A stretch of DNA of 64,000 bases from Verrucomicrobiales bacterium (GCA_041688355.1 JBDNIL010000161.1:2220-66219); one strand, 5' to 3'; numbered from the stretch's first letter, positions 1 through 9,813 are shown. Notes: generated by a model not told the origin, from the letters alone. A program made the numbers and translations.

Positions 1-1
1 C

Positions 2-1129
2 CGGCGGATTGTAGCAGCAGACTACGACAGTCATGGCGAAGCCGTTTTGCTGGAAGTGGGCGATACCGGCACCGATCTGGGTGGAGTCTTTCCAGATCAT
101 CTGAGTGTAGTGGCCGACCCCGCGGTTAAAAATCGCAGTGGTCATGACCCGGGAACCTTTGGGGATCTTTGCTTTTTCGGCATACCAGCCGTCGCAAGCG
201 CTCACGACCGTGAACCCCGAGACACCGCCGCTACTGCCGCCCTGGGCGAGATTTTCTCCGTAGGGGTTCTGCCCCTGCGGGAGGTGCGAAAAATTCTTCG
301 TCCGGGCGATCGTGTCGGCGCGTCCCTGGGCAAATTGCGCGATCTTGGGGGACCAGGTCACGGGGCCGGTCCCGACCTCCTTCCGTTTCTGGTTGTGATA
401 GTTCACGAGCTGCTGCGCCTGCGCCGCATCGAGCTTTGATCCCGTGTTCCCGGCGAGGTTGGCGGTGGGGACGGCGGTCCCGCCCTTGTTTACCGGACCG
501 GCACCGCCACCGCTTTGGGAGATAGCGAACGCCTGCCGTGGCGCGGCGGTGACCTGATAGCGGCCGAACTCCTTATTGTTCGTGTTGAGGAAGATCCACA
601 CCTGACCGGCAACGGACTGCATCGACATGACTTTGCCCGGAGCGATCGTTCCGAAGGTCTGGACGACGTTTCCCGGATCGAGCCGGTTCACCGTGATGAC
701 CTTCGAAGTGGTATTAGTGAAAGTCACGGTGACGAGACCGGCAGGGGCGACCGGGTTCCCTCCACCTCCACCTCCACCTCCGCCCCGGGCAATGGGGTAG
801 CGCTGGCTGGCCTTGTTGGTGGCGGTGTAGAGTCCGATCTGGCGGGCTCCGAGGAGGATAGCAAAATTTTCGCCTGGGACTGCGGTGACGTTGACCGAGG
901 CTCCGGCAGCCAGGCCCGTGTCGGGATTCGGGCCGACCGGTTTTCCTCTCGGGTTCACCCGCCGGATGACCACTTTTTCGGGCGTCTGGTTGGCAAAGGT
1001 GACCACCACCCCGCCGCTCTGCGCACGGGTGATCTCCACGGATCCCGCGAAGAGCAGTGCCGCCAGAATCACCATCCGCAAAGACCGGCAAATAGTGGGA
1101 AAAAGATGTGTCCCGGAGGAATGCTTCAT
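2..1129 (-). CDS. Secreted CAP/SCP/PR-1 domain protein with two N-terminal beta-rich repeats (partial; C-terminus lies beyond the window start)
   Basis: Absent from the ORF track because there is no stop inside the window. My hand translation of the minus strand from ATG 1129..1127 is stop-free down to position 2 (376 codons). It begins MKHSSGTHLFPTICRSLRMVILAALLFAGSVEITRAQS (signal-like). The C-terminal half carries CAP-family motifs: YHNQKR, GENLAQG, GHYTQMIWKDST, VVCCYNPP. Confidence 0.8.
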   Translation of the reverse strand, partial: MKHSSGTHLFPTICRSLRMVILAALLFAGSVEITRAQSGGVVVTFANQTPEKVVIRRVNPRGKPVGPNPDTGLAAGASVNVTAVPGENFAILLGARQIGLYTATNKASQRYPIARGGGGGGGGGNPVAPAGLVTVTFTNTTSKVITVNRLDPGNVVQTFGTIAPGKVMSMQSVAGQVWIFLNTNNKEFGRYQVTAAPRQAFAISQSGGGAGPVNKGGTAVPTANLAGNTGSKLDAAQAQQLVNYHNQKRKEVGTGPVTWSPKIAQFAQGRADTIARTKNFSHLPQGQNPYGENLAQGGSSGGVSGFTVVSACDGWYAEKAKIPKGSRVMTTAIFNRGVGHYTQMIWKDSTQIGAGIAHFQQNGFAMTVVVCCYNPP

Positions 1130-1522
1130 AATGAGCCGGTGGTTAAATACCAATTCATCTACCCGTCAGAAGGGCGGTGCAAGGGCGGAGTGGGGGAGCG
1201 ACGCTACGGACACTACGAAAGCAGCCTAATCGAGCCGCCTTCAGTGTCTTTTAGTTTTGAGGCAACAGGGTTTTTGCCCCGTCACCGCCAGAGGTGGCAT
1301 GACCCTGATACGGGATGACGGCGAAGCTTTCAGCTTCGTTTCAAAAACATCGCTCGCTTTTTCAGAAAAAGACTGTTTCTTTTCTCAGTCGGTTCAAAGC
1401 TTGGCAAAATCAAGGTCTGAAGTGTTGCCAGGTGAGTCTTTTGAATTCGGTGGTGATCTGAAACCCGCTAATTGGGAGCAGTCTATGGAGACGGCGCCAA
1501 GCACAGAACCGCCGTATTGATT

Positions 1523-1945
1523 ATGAAAATGTATGTTGGCAATCTGTCGTTCGACACGACTAAGCAGGACCTTGAGACCCTCTTCTCCGAGCACGGAACC
1601 GTTACGGACGTGCATCTCCCCACTGATCGTGAGAGCGGACGCCCCCGTGGGTTCGCCTTCGTGACGATGGATTCCAAAGGCGCCATGGACGCTGCGATCA
1701 AGACTCTCGACGGCCAGAGCGTTGACGGACGCAACATCAAGGTCAACGAAGCCCAGCCTCGTGAAGAGCGCAGCGGCGGCGGTGGCGGTGGTGGTTACGG
1801 CGGCGGCGGCGGTGGTGGTGGCCGCAGCGGCGGTGGTGGTGGTTACGGCGGCGGCGGCGGCGGGGGTGGTGGCGGCGGCGGCGGTGGCCGCGGCGGTGAT
1901 CGTGACCGTGGCGGTGATCGCGGCGGACGTGATCGGCGCTACTAG
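1523..1945 (+). CDS. Glycine-rich RNA-binding protein (single RRM plus GGY/RGG tail)
   Basis: RNP2 motif MYVGNL and RNP1 motif RGFAFVTM are present. The C-terminal tail is [27 protein letters not shown]...[19 protein letters not shown] moved the start to ATG 1523 (MKMYVGNL) inside track ORF 1472..1945. Confidence 0.9.
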   Translation: MKMYVGNLSFDTTKQDLETLFSEHGTVTDVHLPTDRESGRPRGFAFVTMDSKGAMDAAIKTLDGQSVDGRNIKVNEAQPREERSGGGGGGGYGGGGGGGGRSGGGGGYGGGGGGGGGGGGGGRGGDRDRGGDRGGRDRRY

Positions 1946-1970
1946 TCTATCCCAACCGGATAATTTTTCG

Positions 1971-2004
1971 AAAAGCGGCGCTCCTGACGGGGTGCCGCTT
2001 TTTT
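1971..2004. terminator. Rho-independent terminator between convergent genes
   Basis: An 11-bp stem (1974-1984 pairs with 1989-1999, including two G-U pairs) has tetraloop tgac. It is followed by TTTTTT on the plus strand and preceded by AAAA, which gives a T-tract on the minus strand. Confidence 0.75.
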
Positions 2005-2009
2005 CGTGC

Positions 2010-3050
2010 TCAGGATCCCAGGATCTCTGCGATCAGGACAGTCTCGCGGCGGCGGATCGACTCCTGCGCGGCGAGAGAGACGGCCACCGCGAGCCGGGCG
2101 GCGGGTCCGTCATTCAGGGGAGTCCGGTCGTGTCGGATACACTCGACGAAATGCTCGAGTTCGGGTTTGATCCCCCGGTCCACGCGACCGGAGCTATCGA
2201 CGAAGTTCGCCTCATCTCCCTCGTCGGCGATCTGCATGACCTCGCGGTCGGGCACATCAAAGCGATGATGAACGAGCTCGAGGGCCTGATTCTTCGTGTC
2301 GATGCGGCCTTTGTCCCCGCAGGCGCCGATCTCGCATTCACCGCCGAAGGGAGCAAAGAGGCAGAGCTCGAGCGAGGCGCGACGACCGCCTTCGTATTCG
2401 ATGAGGATCTGGGCATTGTCGAGGATCTCGCGATCCGTCAGCACATTGGTGCCACCGTGGGCGGAGACCCGAACCGGCGGGCAGTCCATCATCCAATTGA
2501 AAAGATCGAGGTGATGCACATTTTTTTCGAGGATAGTTCCGCCGGTGAGAGCCTCACTGGAGCGCCATCCCGGCCTCATCGGACCGCGGAATTCGCGACA
2601 CCACATCAGCTGCAGATCACCGATGGCCCCGAGATCTATCATCTCTTTCATGTGCCGATAGAGACGTTGAAAGCGCATCTCGTGTCCGATCTGGAGGATC
2701 TTCCCGGCGGCACCGGCGGCCTCGATGATCCCATCGCACTGGGCAATGGTCAGACCGAGCGGCTTTTCACAGAGGACATGCTTGCCCGCACGCAGGGCGG
2801 CGGTCGCGGCCGCGTGGTGTTGGTCGTTCGTCAGGGCGACGATGACGGCGTCGATTTCCTCGAGAGCGACGACCTCGCGCCAGTCGGAGAAGGTTTTCAG
2901 ATCGTGACCGACGAGCTCGCGCGACGCATCGAGACTCGCGGGACTGCGACTACTGACCGCGCTGACTTTAACGCCGTCCAGTGTGAGAAGGTTCCGCAGA
3001 TGTGCTTCGCGGCCAAACCAGCCGGCTCCGAGTAGTCCGATTTTTAGCAT
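2010..3050 (-). CDS. Gfo/Idh/MocA family NAD(P)-dependent oxidoreductase
   Basis: N-terminal Rossmann motif MLKIGLLGAGWFGREAH; CEKPL motif (HVLCEKPLGLT); 346 aa. Confidence 0.85.
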   Translation of the reverse strand: MLKIGLLGAGWFGREAHLRNLLTLDGVKVSAVSSRSPASLDASRELVGHDLKTFSDWREVVALEEIDAVIVALTNDQHHAAATAALRAGKHVLCEKPLGLTIAQCDGIIEAAGAAGKILQIGHEMRFQRLYRHMKEMIDLGAIGDLQLMWCREFRGPMRPGWRSSEALTGGTILEKNVHHLDLFNWMMDCPPVRVSAHGGTNVLTDREILDNAQILIEYEGGRRASLELCLFAPFGGECEIGACGDKGRIDTKNQALELVHHRFDVPDREVMQIADEGDEANFVDSSGRVDRGIKPELEHFVECIRHDRTPLNDGPAARLAVAVSLAAQESIRRRETVLIAEILGS

Positions 3051-3352
3051 GGGATGGATTCGTGCGATGGGAAAAAGGCAAGTAGGCAGCCCGCTCCCCG
3101 GATCCGATCACTCCAGGAATCTGAAGTGAAGTAATCCGCGACGATGATTACGCCGATTAGAGCCAAAGGAAAAATACTCTCAAAATTCGAGTAACCAGTC
3201 ACCGGGGAGATGTGCAGCGCCCCTTTCATCTCATCAGGCTTCTCCGCCAGACTGAGGCGGCGCCGCTTTTCAAAACGACAAAGCGGCATAACTGCAGCCA
3301 GCACCACCAGCGGGATGCAAAACACCATTGGCACTACGAGGAAGGTGTTCAT
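3044..3352 (-). CDS. Small hypothetical membrane protein
   Basis: 102-aa ORF with two hydrophobic segments. It overlaps both neighbours in operon fashion (ATGA at 3349-3352). No recognisable family. GC looks locally lower than the surroundings. Confidence 0.4.
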   Translation of the reverse strand: MNTFLVVPMVFCIPLVVLAAVMPLCRFEKRRRLSLAEKPDEMKGALHISPVTGYSNFESIFPLALIGVIIVADYFTSDSWSDRIRGAGCLLAFFPSHESIPC

Positions 3353-3810
3353 GCATCAATGGAGTTGCCCGCCTCGCTTTCGCCCTCCGCCTCACCGTTC
3401 GCCTTAAACGGCGGAGCCTCTTCTTCCTTCGCTTTTGCCGGAACCGGCTTACTTCGGACAAACAGGCATCGAAACCCTGCCACGAGCACATAACCCAGAC
3501 AAATCGCGGCCATCGCGACGATGAGATTCATCGGGTGGCTCTGCCAATCGAGAGTCTCCTTGAGATAAGAAGGGGTAAGGCGACCAAGTCCGGAGAAACC
3601 GCCCGCGACGGCGGCGAGGAAGGCGAGTTGCAGTCCGGTCCGGCGCAGCGGGAGCGCGAGGATGACCCCGATGAGCATCAGCAGCCCGAACCCGCCGGGG
3701 ATCGCAGAGACGAGAGTTCGCGGCCCCTCGCCCTCGACGCCCCATCCATAATAGCCCACCGCACCGAGGGCGATGAGGAGGAGAGAACAAATCAGGGTGA
3801 AAATTCTCAT
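3349..3810 (-). CDS. Hypothetical polytopic membrane protein
   Basis: 153 aa with about four hydrophobic helices (LICSLLLIALGAVGYYGW, GGFGLLMLIGVILALPL, LAFLAAVAGGFSGL, LIVAMAAICLGYVLVAGF). It overlaps the upstream PBP gene by 4 nt. Confidence 0.6.
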   Translation of the reverse strand: MRIFTLICSLLLIALGAVGYYGWGVEGEGPRTLVSAIPGGFGLLMLIGVILALPLRRTGLQLAFLAAVAGGFSGLGRLTPSYLKETLDWQSHPMNLIVAMAAICLGYVLVAGFRCLFVRSKPVPAKAKEEEAPPFKANGEAEGESEAGNSIDA

Positions 3811-5798
3811 GGCTTTTCCGAAGCGGCGACGGGGACTGCGGGGCTGGTGGAAGTCCGCTCTGCCACTATCGCGGCAGCAAGTGGCTTCGCGAACTCACTG
3901 CCAAAGGCGAGCGGGAAGAGCGGGGTGAAACTGTCGCGCCCGACCCAGGTGCCCCAGGTGTACTCGTCGTCGAATCCGAAATACCAGGCATCGGTGAAGG
4001 CGGGCGTCGTCCCCGATTTGCCCGATTGCGTCACGCCCCCGCTCGTTGCGGTGAGACAAGCGGAGACGGCACTGGCCGTGGCCCCGCTCATGGCCGGATC
4101 GGGCTTGAGCTCGAGCGGAGGAGAGATAAGTTTGCCCGAGGCATCGCGGACCTCGCGTATCATCCCGGGCAGAGGGGCACGGGTCCCGCCATTGGGGAAA
4201 ACGGTGTAGCCGAGAGTGATCTCGGTGAGATTCACCTCGCTCTTGCCGAGGAGACTGCCGGGCGCGTCCTCGAACGGGGATTGGATTCCCGCTGCCGCGA
4301 CCAGCTCGCGCACGGGACCGAGGCCCACTTGCAGGCCGAGTCGGGCCGTGGGCGAATTTTTCGAGAGGCGCAGGGCTTTCGCCGCCGTGATGCGCCCCTC
4401 CCACCGGTTCCCGGGGTTCTCGGCGCTCCATTCCCCGAGGATGCCGCCGACGCTGCCGATGCCCATCTCGCGATTGTCGAATGGCGCGTCAAAGACGGGG
4501 GTATCGGGCGTGAAGGCCCCCGTTTCAAAAGCGGCGGCGTAGACGAAGGGGAAAAGGGCCGACCCCGGAGGTCTCGTCATCTCGACGGCGCGGTCGTATT
4601 CGCTCTTGTGAAAATCGCGGCTCCCTACCGATACAACAATTCGCCCGGTGCGGTTCTCCATCATGACGAAGGCGGCCTCGAGATCATCGCCCGGAGTGCC
4701 TGCAGTGGCGGCCCTTTTTACGACTTCTTCGAGATGACGATCAATCGACCTCGCGGCATTTTGCTGCATCTCCAGATCGATCGAGGTCTCGACGACGAGC
4801 CCGTCGAGCGATTTGATCGGGACGGGACGTGTCGCGAGAGAGGCACGCAGCTCCCGCTCGACCCTCGCTAGGAGGTAGTTCACCTGGCCCCGGTTGATGA
4901 GGTGCTCGCGCGATTTGGCGACGATGCTCTCGGTCTCGAGGAGACTGGCGAGCTGGGAGTCGGTCAGCTTGCCGATCTGATGCATGCGGCGCAGGGTCTG
5001 GTTGCGATTCTCAAGAGCGAGGGCCTCACTCACCAGCGGCGAATAGCGGCTCGGCGAGGGGATGAGCCCGCAGAGCAGGGCGGACTCATCGACGGTGAGC
5101 TCTTGAGCCGTCTTCCCGAAAAACCCCCGGGCCGCAGAGCCGAGACCGTAGAATCCGCTCCCGAAGTAGATCCGATTCAGGTAATGCACGAGGATCTCGT
5201 CTTTGGTGTAGTGCTCTTCGATGCGCACGGCGGCGGCGACCTCGGAGAGCTTGCGGTCAGCGTCCTTGCCTGCAAGCTTGTAGACATCGCGGGCGAGCTG
5301 CTGGGTGAGAGTGCTCGCGCCCTCGCGGATCGAGTCGGCCCGGTAGTTCACCCATGCCGCCCGCACTGACCCGACCGGATCAAACCCCGGGTGCAGGAAA
5401 AAGCGCTGATCCTCCGCCGCGATGAGCGCATCGACGAAGTGCGGCGGAATGTCCTCACGGGTGATGAGGAGCCGGCTCATCGTGCCGGCCCGCCCGATCT
5501 CACGTCCATGCACATCGCGGACGAGGGCACCGACCTCGAGGCGATCTACCGCAGTGAGATCGATGTCGGCGCTGGCCTCGAAGTAGTGCCACCCCACCCC
5601 GCCGCCGAAGGCGACGAGCGCGATGAGGAGATAGAAAGGAGTCAGGAAGATGACTTTCAGAAAGCCGACGAGGAGACGACGCCAGAGCGGACGATTCCTC
5701 GAAGCTGTCCCCTCGTCAATGATCGACGGTGGATCGGCGGGGTCGACAATTGCTTCCGCGCTTTTGGAAAGATCCGGTCCTGTCGGGGTCTCATTCAT
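3807..5798 (-). CDS. Class A penicillin-binding protein (GT51 glycosyltransferase plus transpeptidase-like domain with degenerate SxxK)
   Basis: GT51 motifs AAEDQRFFLHPGFD and GASTLTQQLAR. The transpeptidase fold has SKN and KSG (GKSGTT..DAWYFG), but the SxxK box reads PGSALFPFVY (S-A-L-F). I chose the ATG at 5798 (MNETPTG), one nt after the upstream gene's TAA, in preference to the GTG at 5819. Confidence 0.9.
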   Translation of the reverse strand: MNETPTGPDLSKSAEAIVDPADPPSIIDEGTASRNRPLWRRLLVGFLKVIFLTPFYLLIALVAFGGGVGWHYFEASADIDLTAVDRLEVGALVRDVHGREIGRAGTMSRLLITREDIPPHFVDALIAAEDQRFFLHPGFDPVGSVRAAWVNYRADSIREGASTLTQQLARDVYKLAGKDADRKLSEVAAAVRIEEHYTKDEILVHYLNRIYFGSGFYGLGSAARGFFGKTAQELTVDESALLCGLIPSPSRYSPLVSEALALENRNQTLRRMHQIGKLTDSQLASLLETESIVAKSREHLINRGQVNYLLARVERELRASLATRPVPIKSLDGLVVETSIDLEMQQNAARSIDRHLEEVVKRAATAGTPGDDLEAAFVMMENRTGRIVVSVGSRDFHKSEYDRAVEMTRPPGSALFPFVYAAAFETGAFTPDTPVFDAPFDNREMGIGSVGGILGEWSAENPGNRWEGRITAAKALRLSKNSPTARLGLQVGLGPVRELVAAAGIQSPFEDAPGSLLGKSEVNLTEITLGYTVFPNGGTRAPLPGMIREVRDASGKLISPPLELKPDPAMSGATASAVSACLTATSGGVTQSGKSGTTPAFTDAWYFGFDDEYTWGTWVGRDSFTPLFPLAFGSEFAKPLAAAIVAERTSTSPAVPVAASEKP

Positions 5799-5799
5799 C

Positions 5800-7968
5800 T
5801 TAGAACTCGCGGCGCCCACCGCCGAAAAGAAAACGCAGCAGTCCCCCGCGGCGGTGCGGTACGGTCTCGAGAGGGATCTCCTCTACCGGCGGGACAACCG
5901 CAGCAGCGATAATCGCGGGCCGCTCCCTCGAAGGGCCCTCGGGCAGGGTGACCGCGTAGGTCGCGGGATCGGCGTAGACTTTGCGCAGCACCCCTGACGC
6001 GATCGGCGCGGCGCTGCGCCCGCCACTGAGAGTCTCGCGTCCCCTCCCCTGCGTCACGACGGCGAAGGCGATCCTGGGATTTTCCGCATCGACCCAGCCG
6101 GTGAACCAGGCGAGCGACCGCATCTGTCCGTCCACCGACCACTGCGAGGTGCCGGTCTTTCCATACACGACAGGATTCCGCATCGCGGCGCTACCCCCGG
6201 TGCCGCTGGAGTAGTTCACCACGCCCCACATCCCATCGCGCACCAGTTCGATGTCCTCGGCCCGGAGACGGAGCGGTGAAGCCTTCCGCGGCTGATTGCG
6301 CATGATGAGCGTCCCCACCTGCGGATCGACCGTCTCGCGGATCAGTCGCGGCTGCGGGACATACTCCCCATTCGCCAGGGCCGCCATGGCAAAGGCCATC
6401 TGCACCGGTGAGGCGAGGACTTGGCCCTGACCGATCGCAAAATTGGCAAGACTGCGCGGATCGCCGTAGGACTCGGGCTTCGGGATATTGCCCGGCGAGA
6501 CCGAGGGCAGTGGCAACTGCGGTGCGATTCCAAGCCCGAAGCGGGCGCAGACGTCCGCGATCGGACCGGCCCCGGTATTCAGCGCCGCCTGGTAGAACCA
6601 CGTGTTGCACGAGGTCACCAGAGCATAACGCACGTCCATGGGCCCGAAGGAGCTGGCGCTCCAGTTTTTGAAAAAACGCCCGTCGATGGTGAGCCCGGGA
6701 GGACCCGGAAAAAGGGTCTCGGTACCGATGATTTGGCCCGCCTCCATCCCGGCGAGCGCGACGAAGGGCTTAAAGGTGGAGCCCGGTGGATACGTTCCCG
6801 TGACCGCGCGATCAAAGAGCGGGGCATCTTTTCCCACCGAGAGCGCCGCGAACTTCTCCGCAGAGATCCCGCCTTCGAAGAGATTAGGATCAAAGGTCGG
6901 GTGCGAGACCATCGCGAGGATGTCCCCCGTGTCCGCATCGACCGCGACGAAGGCACCCGGTCGACCGCTGCGCTCGAGTTGCTCCTGCGCGAGGCGCTGC
7001 ATCCCTAGATTTATCGAAAGGACGAGAGTATTCCCCGCCTTTGCTTCACTCACGACATCCTGGTGCTTCAGATGGCCTGCAGGATCGTAGAGCCGCAGCA
7101 CCTCCCCGTCAGTCCCGCGGATCTGCTCGTCGAGGGTCGTCTCCATCCCCGCCCGTCCCTCGGTGGGGGGAAAGGCATATTCAATCCGCCCTACCGGTCC
7201 ATGCTGGTCAGGCAGGGACACGCCAATGTAACCGACGAGGTGAGCGGTCAGTTGCCCCTCGGGATACTCCCGCACGTAGACGGATTCGAGGGTGGCGCCA
7301 CCGGGCAGGGGCTCGCCCAGCATCGCGAGCGCTTCGGCGGAGAGGGGCGACGAAATAGCGAGGGCGATCCAGGGACGGTGCTCGAAGTGTTTCCGCACCT
7401 CGGCCTCGGTGATGCTGAGGAGAGGGACTTTTTCGTCGAACTTTGCCCTCAACCCACTGAGCAAGGTCACGGCGGCATCGGCCGAGTCAGCCGCCTGCGC
7501 GAGAGAAAGGACGAGACGCTTCCCGACCCGGTTCTGCGCGAGGGTGACACCATCGGCAGAAACGATACGACTGCGAGGAGCCGGAATCTTGAAATTTTTG
7601 ACCGTCCAGTCCGGCAGCGCCATCATCGGCGTGGCACCGTAGTCCAGCGACTCGATCCTGATTTCGGTTTCCGGGGGCACGGAGGAAGACGGGGGCGGTT
7701 CCTTTTCTGCCTCTTCGGCCCGCAAGAGGCCCGACATCGAGGCGATGACGAGGACCACCAGTGCGGCCCCCGCATTCCGGCAGACTGGATGCGACACCCG
7801 TGACGGGCCACTCTGTTGTTTGGTGATCAATGAAAAGCACGGGGTTTTTATCCAAATCAAGCCACCTCGGCAGCCGTCCCCGGGGGAGGAGTGTAAAATT
7901 CCCCCGATATGCATCGTATAACCGCTTGAGGTTGAGATCAAGGGTGAGGATGAGGATGAGGCCGGCAA
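5800..7968 (-). CDS. Class B penicillin-binding protein (PBP2/FtsI-family transpeptidase)
   Basis: Intact SxxK (GSTFKPFVALAG) and KTG (YGKTGTSQW). An N-terminal TM segment (AGAALVVLVIASMSGLL) is present. The true start is uncertain; in-frame GTG/TTG codons near 7790-7830 are possible. Confidence 0.85.
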   Translation of the reverse strand: MPASSSSSPLISTSSGYTMHIGGILHSSPGDGCRGGLIWIKTPCFSLITKQQSGPSRVSHPVCRNAGAALVVLVIASMSGLLRAEEAEKEPPPSSSVPPETEIRIESLDYGATPMMALPDWTVKNFKIPAPRSRIVSADGVTLAQNRVGKRLVLSLAQAADSADAAVTLLSGLRAKFDEKVPLLSITEAEVRKHFEHRPWIALAISSPLSAEALAMLGEPLPGGATLESVYVREYPEGQLTAHLVGYIGVSLPDQHGPVGRIEYAFPPTEGRAGMETTLDEQIRGTDGEVLRLYDPAGHLKHQDVVSEAKAGNTLVLSINLGMQRLAQEQLERSGRPGAFVAVDADTGDILAMVSHPTFDPNLFEGGISAEKFAALSVGKDAPLFDRAVTGTYPPGSTFKPFVALAGMEAGQIIGTETLFPGPPGLTIDGRFFKNWSASSFGPMDVRYALVTSCNTWFYQAALNTGAGPIADVCARFGLGIAPQLPLPSVSPGNIPKPESYGDPRSLANFAIGQGQVLASPVQMAFAMAALANGEYVPQPRLIRETVDPQVGTLIMRNQPRKASPLRLRAEDIELVRDGMWGVVNYSSGTGGSAAMRNPVVYGKTGTSQWSVDGQMRSLAWFTGWVDAENPRIAFAVVTQGRGRETLSGGRSAAPIASGVLRKVYADPATYAVTLPEGPSRERPAIIAAAVVPPVEEIPLETVPHRRGGLLRFLFGGGRREF

Positions 7969-7969
7969 C

Positions 7970-8911
7970 CTACCGTGCCCAGAGATTGAGCAACACCACC
8001 CCGCTTACCGCGACGAGGGCTCCGAAGATCGAAAGGCGACTGGGGTGATCGCCCTCGGTGATCATCGCGAGAGGCATCATGACGATGGGAGTCAGGGCGA
8101 CCACAGCGAGGACGATCCCGCTCTCGAGGCTCTGCAGGGCGAGTTGGAAAAAACTCACCCCGATGACCGGACCAAAGATCGCCGCCCCGAAGAGCCAGGG
8201 AGCAATGCTACGGTTCAGGGGCGATCGCCAGGCTTCGCGGCCCTTCTTCGAGCCGAGCAAGCGGATCAGCAGCACCGCCACCGCTGAAAAGAGCAGCCCG
8301 GCGAGGACTCGCTGGAAGGCGGCGGTGATCCCCGACCCATGCACGCCCAGATCGAGCGCGACTGCCTCGGCCTTGCGGCTGATGACGGCCCCTGTCCCCT
8401 GCCCGAATCCGGCGACGATCGCGGCGACGATGCCGACCCAATAACGTCCCCGCAGACCCACCATTTGCCGGGATCGTGCTCCCGGCCGTATCGCCATGGC
8501 CACCCCGGTGAGAATGAGGAGAGCGCAGAGGATGACCCGCCCACCCAGACCATTTCCCAGCCAGAGCCACTCCATCACCATCGCAAAAAGCGGAGCGAGG
8601 CAGAGATTCAGCAGAATCGTGAGGCGCGAGCCGATCCGCTCGTAGGCAGTGAAGAGAGCCACGTCACCAATCCCGAAGCCGATCACTCCGCTGAGGAAAA
8701 ACCATTGAAAAGACGGCCAGCGGATCGCGTCGGGCGTGAGCACGAGGACGAGTAATCCGAGGATAATAGCCGCGATGAGCAGCCGCATCAGATTCCCCCA
8801 CGCCCCGCCCAGACGCATCGCGACCCGTTGTCCGGTAACGGCGGAGAAGGCAAAAAAGAGGGTCGTGCAGATCGCGGCAATCATAAAAAGGGCCGACGGG
8901 CGACCGCTCAT
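7970..8911 (-). CDS. EamA/DMT-superfamily transporter
   Basis: 313 aa and about 10 TM helices with the duplicated EamA-type pattern (GDVALFTAYERIGSRLTILLNLCLAPLF...). Confidence 0.8.
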   Translation of the reverse strand: MSGRPSALFMIAAICTTLFFAFSAVTGQRVAMRLGGAWGNLMRLLIAAIILGLLVLVLTPDAIRWPSFQWFFLSGVIGFGIGDVALFTAYERIGSRLTILLNLCLAPLFAMVMEWLWLGNGLGGRVILCALLILTGVAMAIRPGARSRQMVGLRGRYWVGIVAAIVAGFGQGTGAVISRKAEAVALDLGVHGSGITAAFQRVLAGLLFSAVAVLLIRLLGSKKGREAWRSPLNRSIAPWLFGAAIFGPVIGVSFFQLALQSLESGIVLAVVALTPIVMMPLAMITEGDHPSRLSIFGALVAVSGVVLLNLWAR

Positions 8912-8961
8912 TCAAAAGTTGCAAAGGCAACGGCATCCGGACAGGTTTGTAAAGTCCCGCC

Positions 8962-9813
8962 ATGCACAGCGAACCCGCCGTTTTATCCCCCTTTCTGATC
9001 CACAATGGCGTCCTTCGCAAGGCCGGGGAGGAAGTCCTCTCCATCCGCGACGGCGCCCCCGCACGCGGCCAGGGTGCCTTCGAGACGATCGCTGCCTATT
9101 CCGGGCAACCGTTTCTCGCCCCTGCCCACTTCGCGAGGCTGCGTCGCGCAGCGGAGAGGCTCGATCTCAACTGTCCGTCTGACGCCGATCTCGTCGCAGC
9201 GATGAAGACCCTGCTCACGGCAAACCAGCTCTCCGCGCTCGTCAAAGCCCGAATCCGAATCACCCTTACCTCTCCCGTCGCGGGCGGCCTCTCGTGGTTC
9301 GTGGAGGCAGGCGCGGCCCCCCCGCATCGGGAGCGGGCCCGGGTCGTCACGATTCCCTTCGCCCGCAATGAACGCAGCGCTCTCGCCGGCCTGAAAACGA
9401 TCAACTACGGAGAAAACGTTGTCGCGATGCGACACGCCCGCGAGGCCGGGGCGGACGAAGCCCTCTTCGGGAACACCCGCGACGAACTTTGCGAAGGCAC
9501 TTGGTCCAATGTCTTTCTCTACCTGAATGGCACGTGGCTGACTCCGCCGCTGACGTCGGGCTGCCTTCCCGGGGTCACTCGTGCCGTCGTGCTCGATCTG
9601 GGTGACGCCCTCGGACTGGAGATGCGTGAAGTCGCGACCCCCCTCGCCGAACTCCCCGGGGTGGAGTCGGCCTTCCTCACCTCCAGCCTGCGGGAGATAC
9701 AGACGATCTCGGCCATAGACGGCCGCGAACTGGTCGAGGCACCCTCATTGTCGCGCCTGCGCGAGGCGTTTGCGGCCTTCGTGTCCCGGGAGACCGCACG
9801 CCTCACTACGTGA
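8962..9813 (+). CDS. Class IV aminotransferase-fold enzyme, aminodeoxychorismate lyase-like
   Basis: 283 aa with GAFETIAAYSGQPFLAPAHFARLRRAAERL and the later CLPGVTR motif, both typical of PabC/IlvE fold type IV. Confidence 0.75.
   Translation: MHSEPAVLSPFLIHNGVLRKAGEEVLSIRDGAPARGQGAFETIAAYSGQPFLAPAHFARLRRAAERLDLNCPSDADLVAAMKTLLTANQLSALVKARIRITLTSPVAGGLSWFVEAGAAPPHRERARVVTIPFARNERSALAGLKTINYGENVVAMRHAREAGADEALFGNTRDELCEGTWSNVFLYLNGTWLTPPLTSGCLPGVTRAVVLDLGDALGLEMREVATPLAELPGVESAFLTSSLREIQTISAIDGRELVEAPSLSRLREAFAAFVSRETARLTT

Noticed and set aside
1770-1930. Long GGC/GGT trinucleotide-rich tract.
   Set aside because: It is the in-frame coding sequence of the Gly-rich tail of the RRM protein, not a non-coding microsatellite.
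1722-3035. 437-aa plus-strand ORF.
   Set aside because: It starts in an alternative frame of the Gly-rich tail (poly-Ala/Val artefact). It then runs antisense through the well-supported Gfo/Idh/MocA gene.
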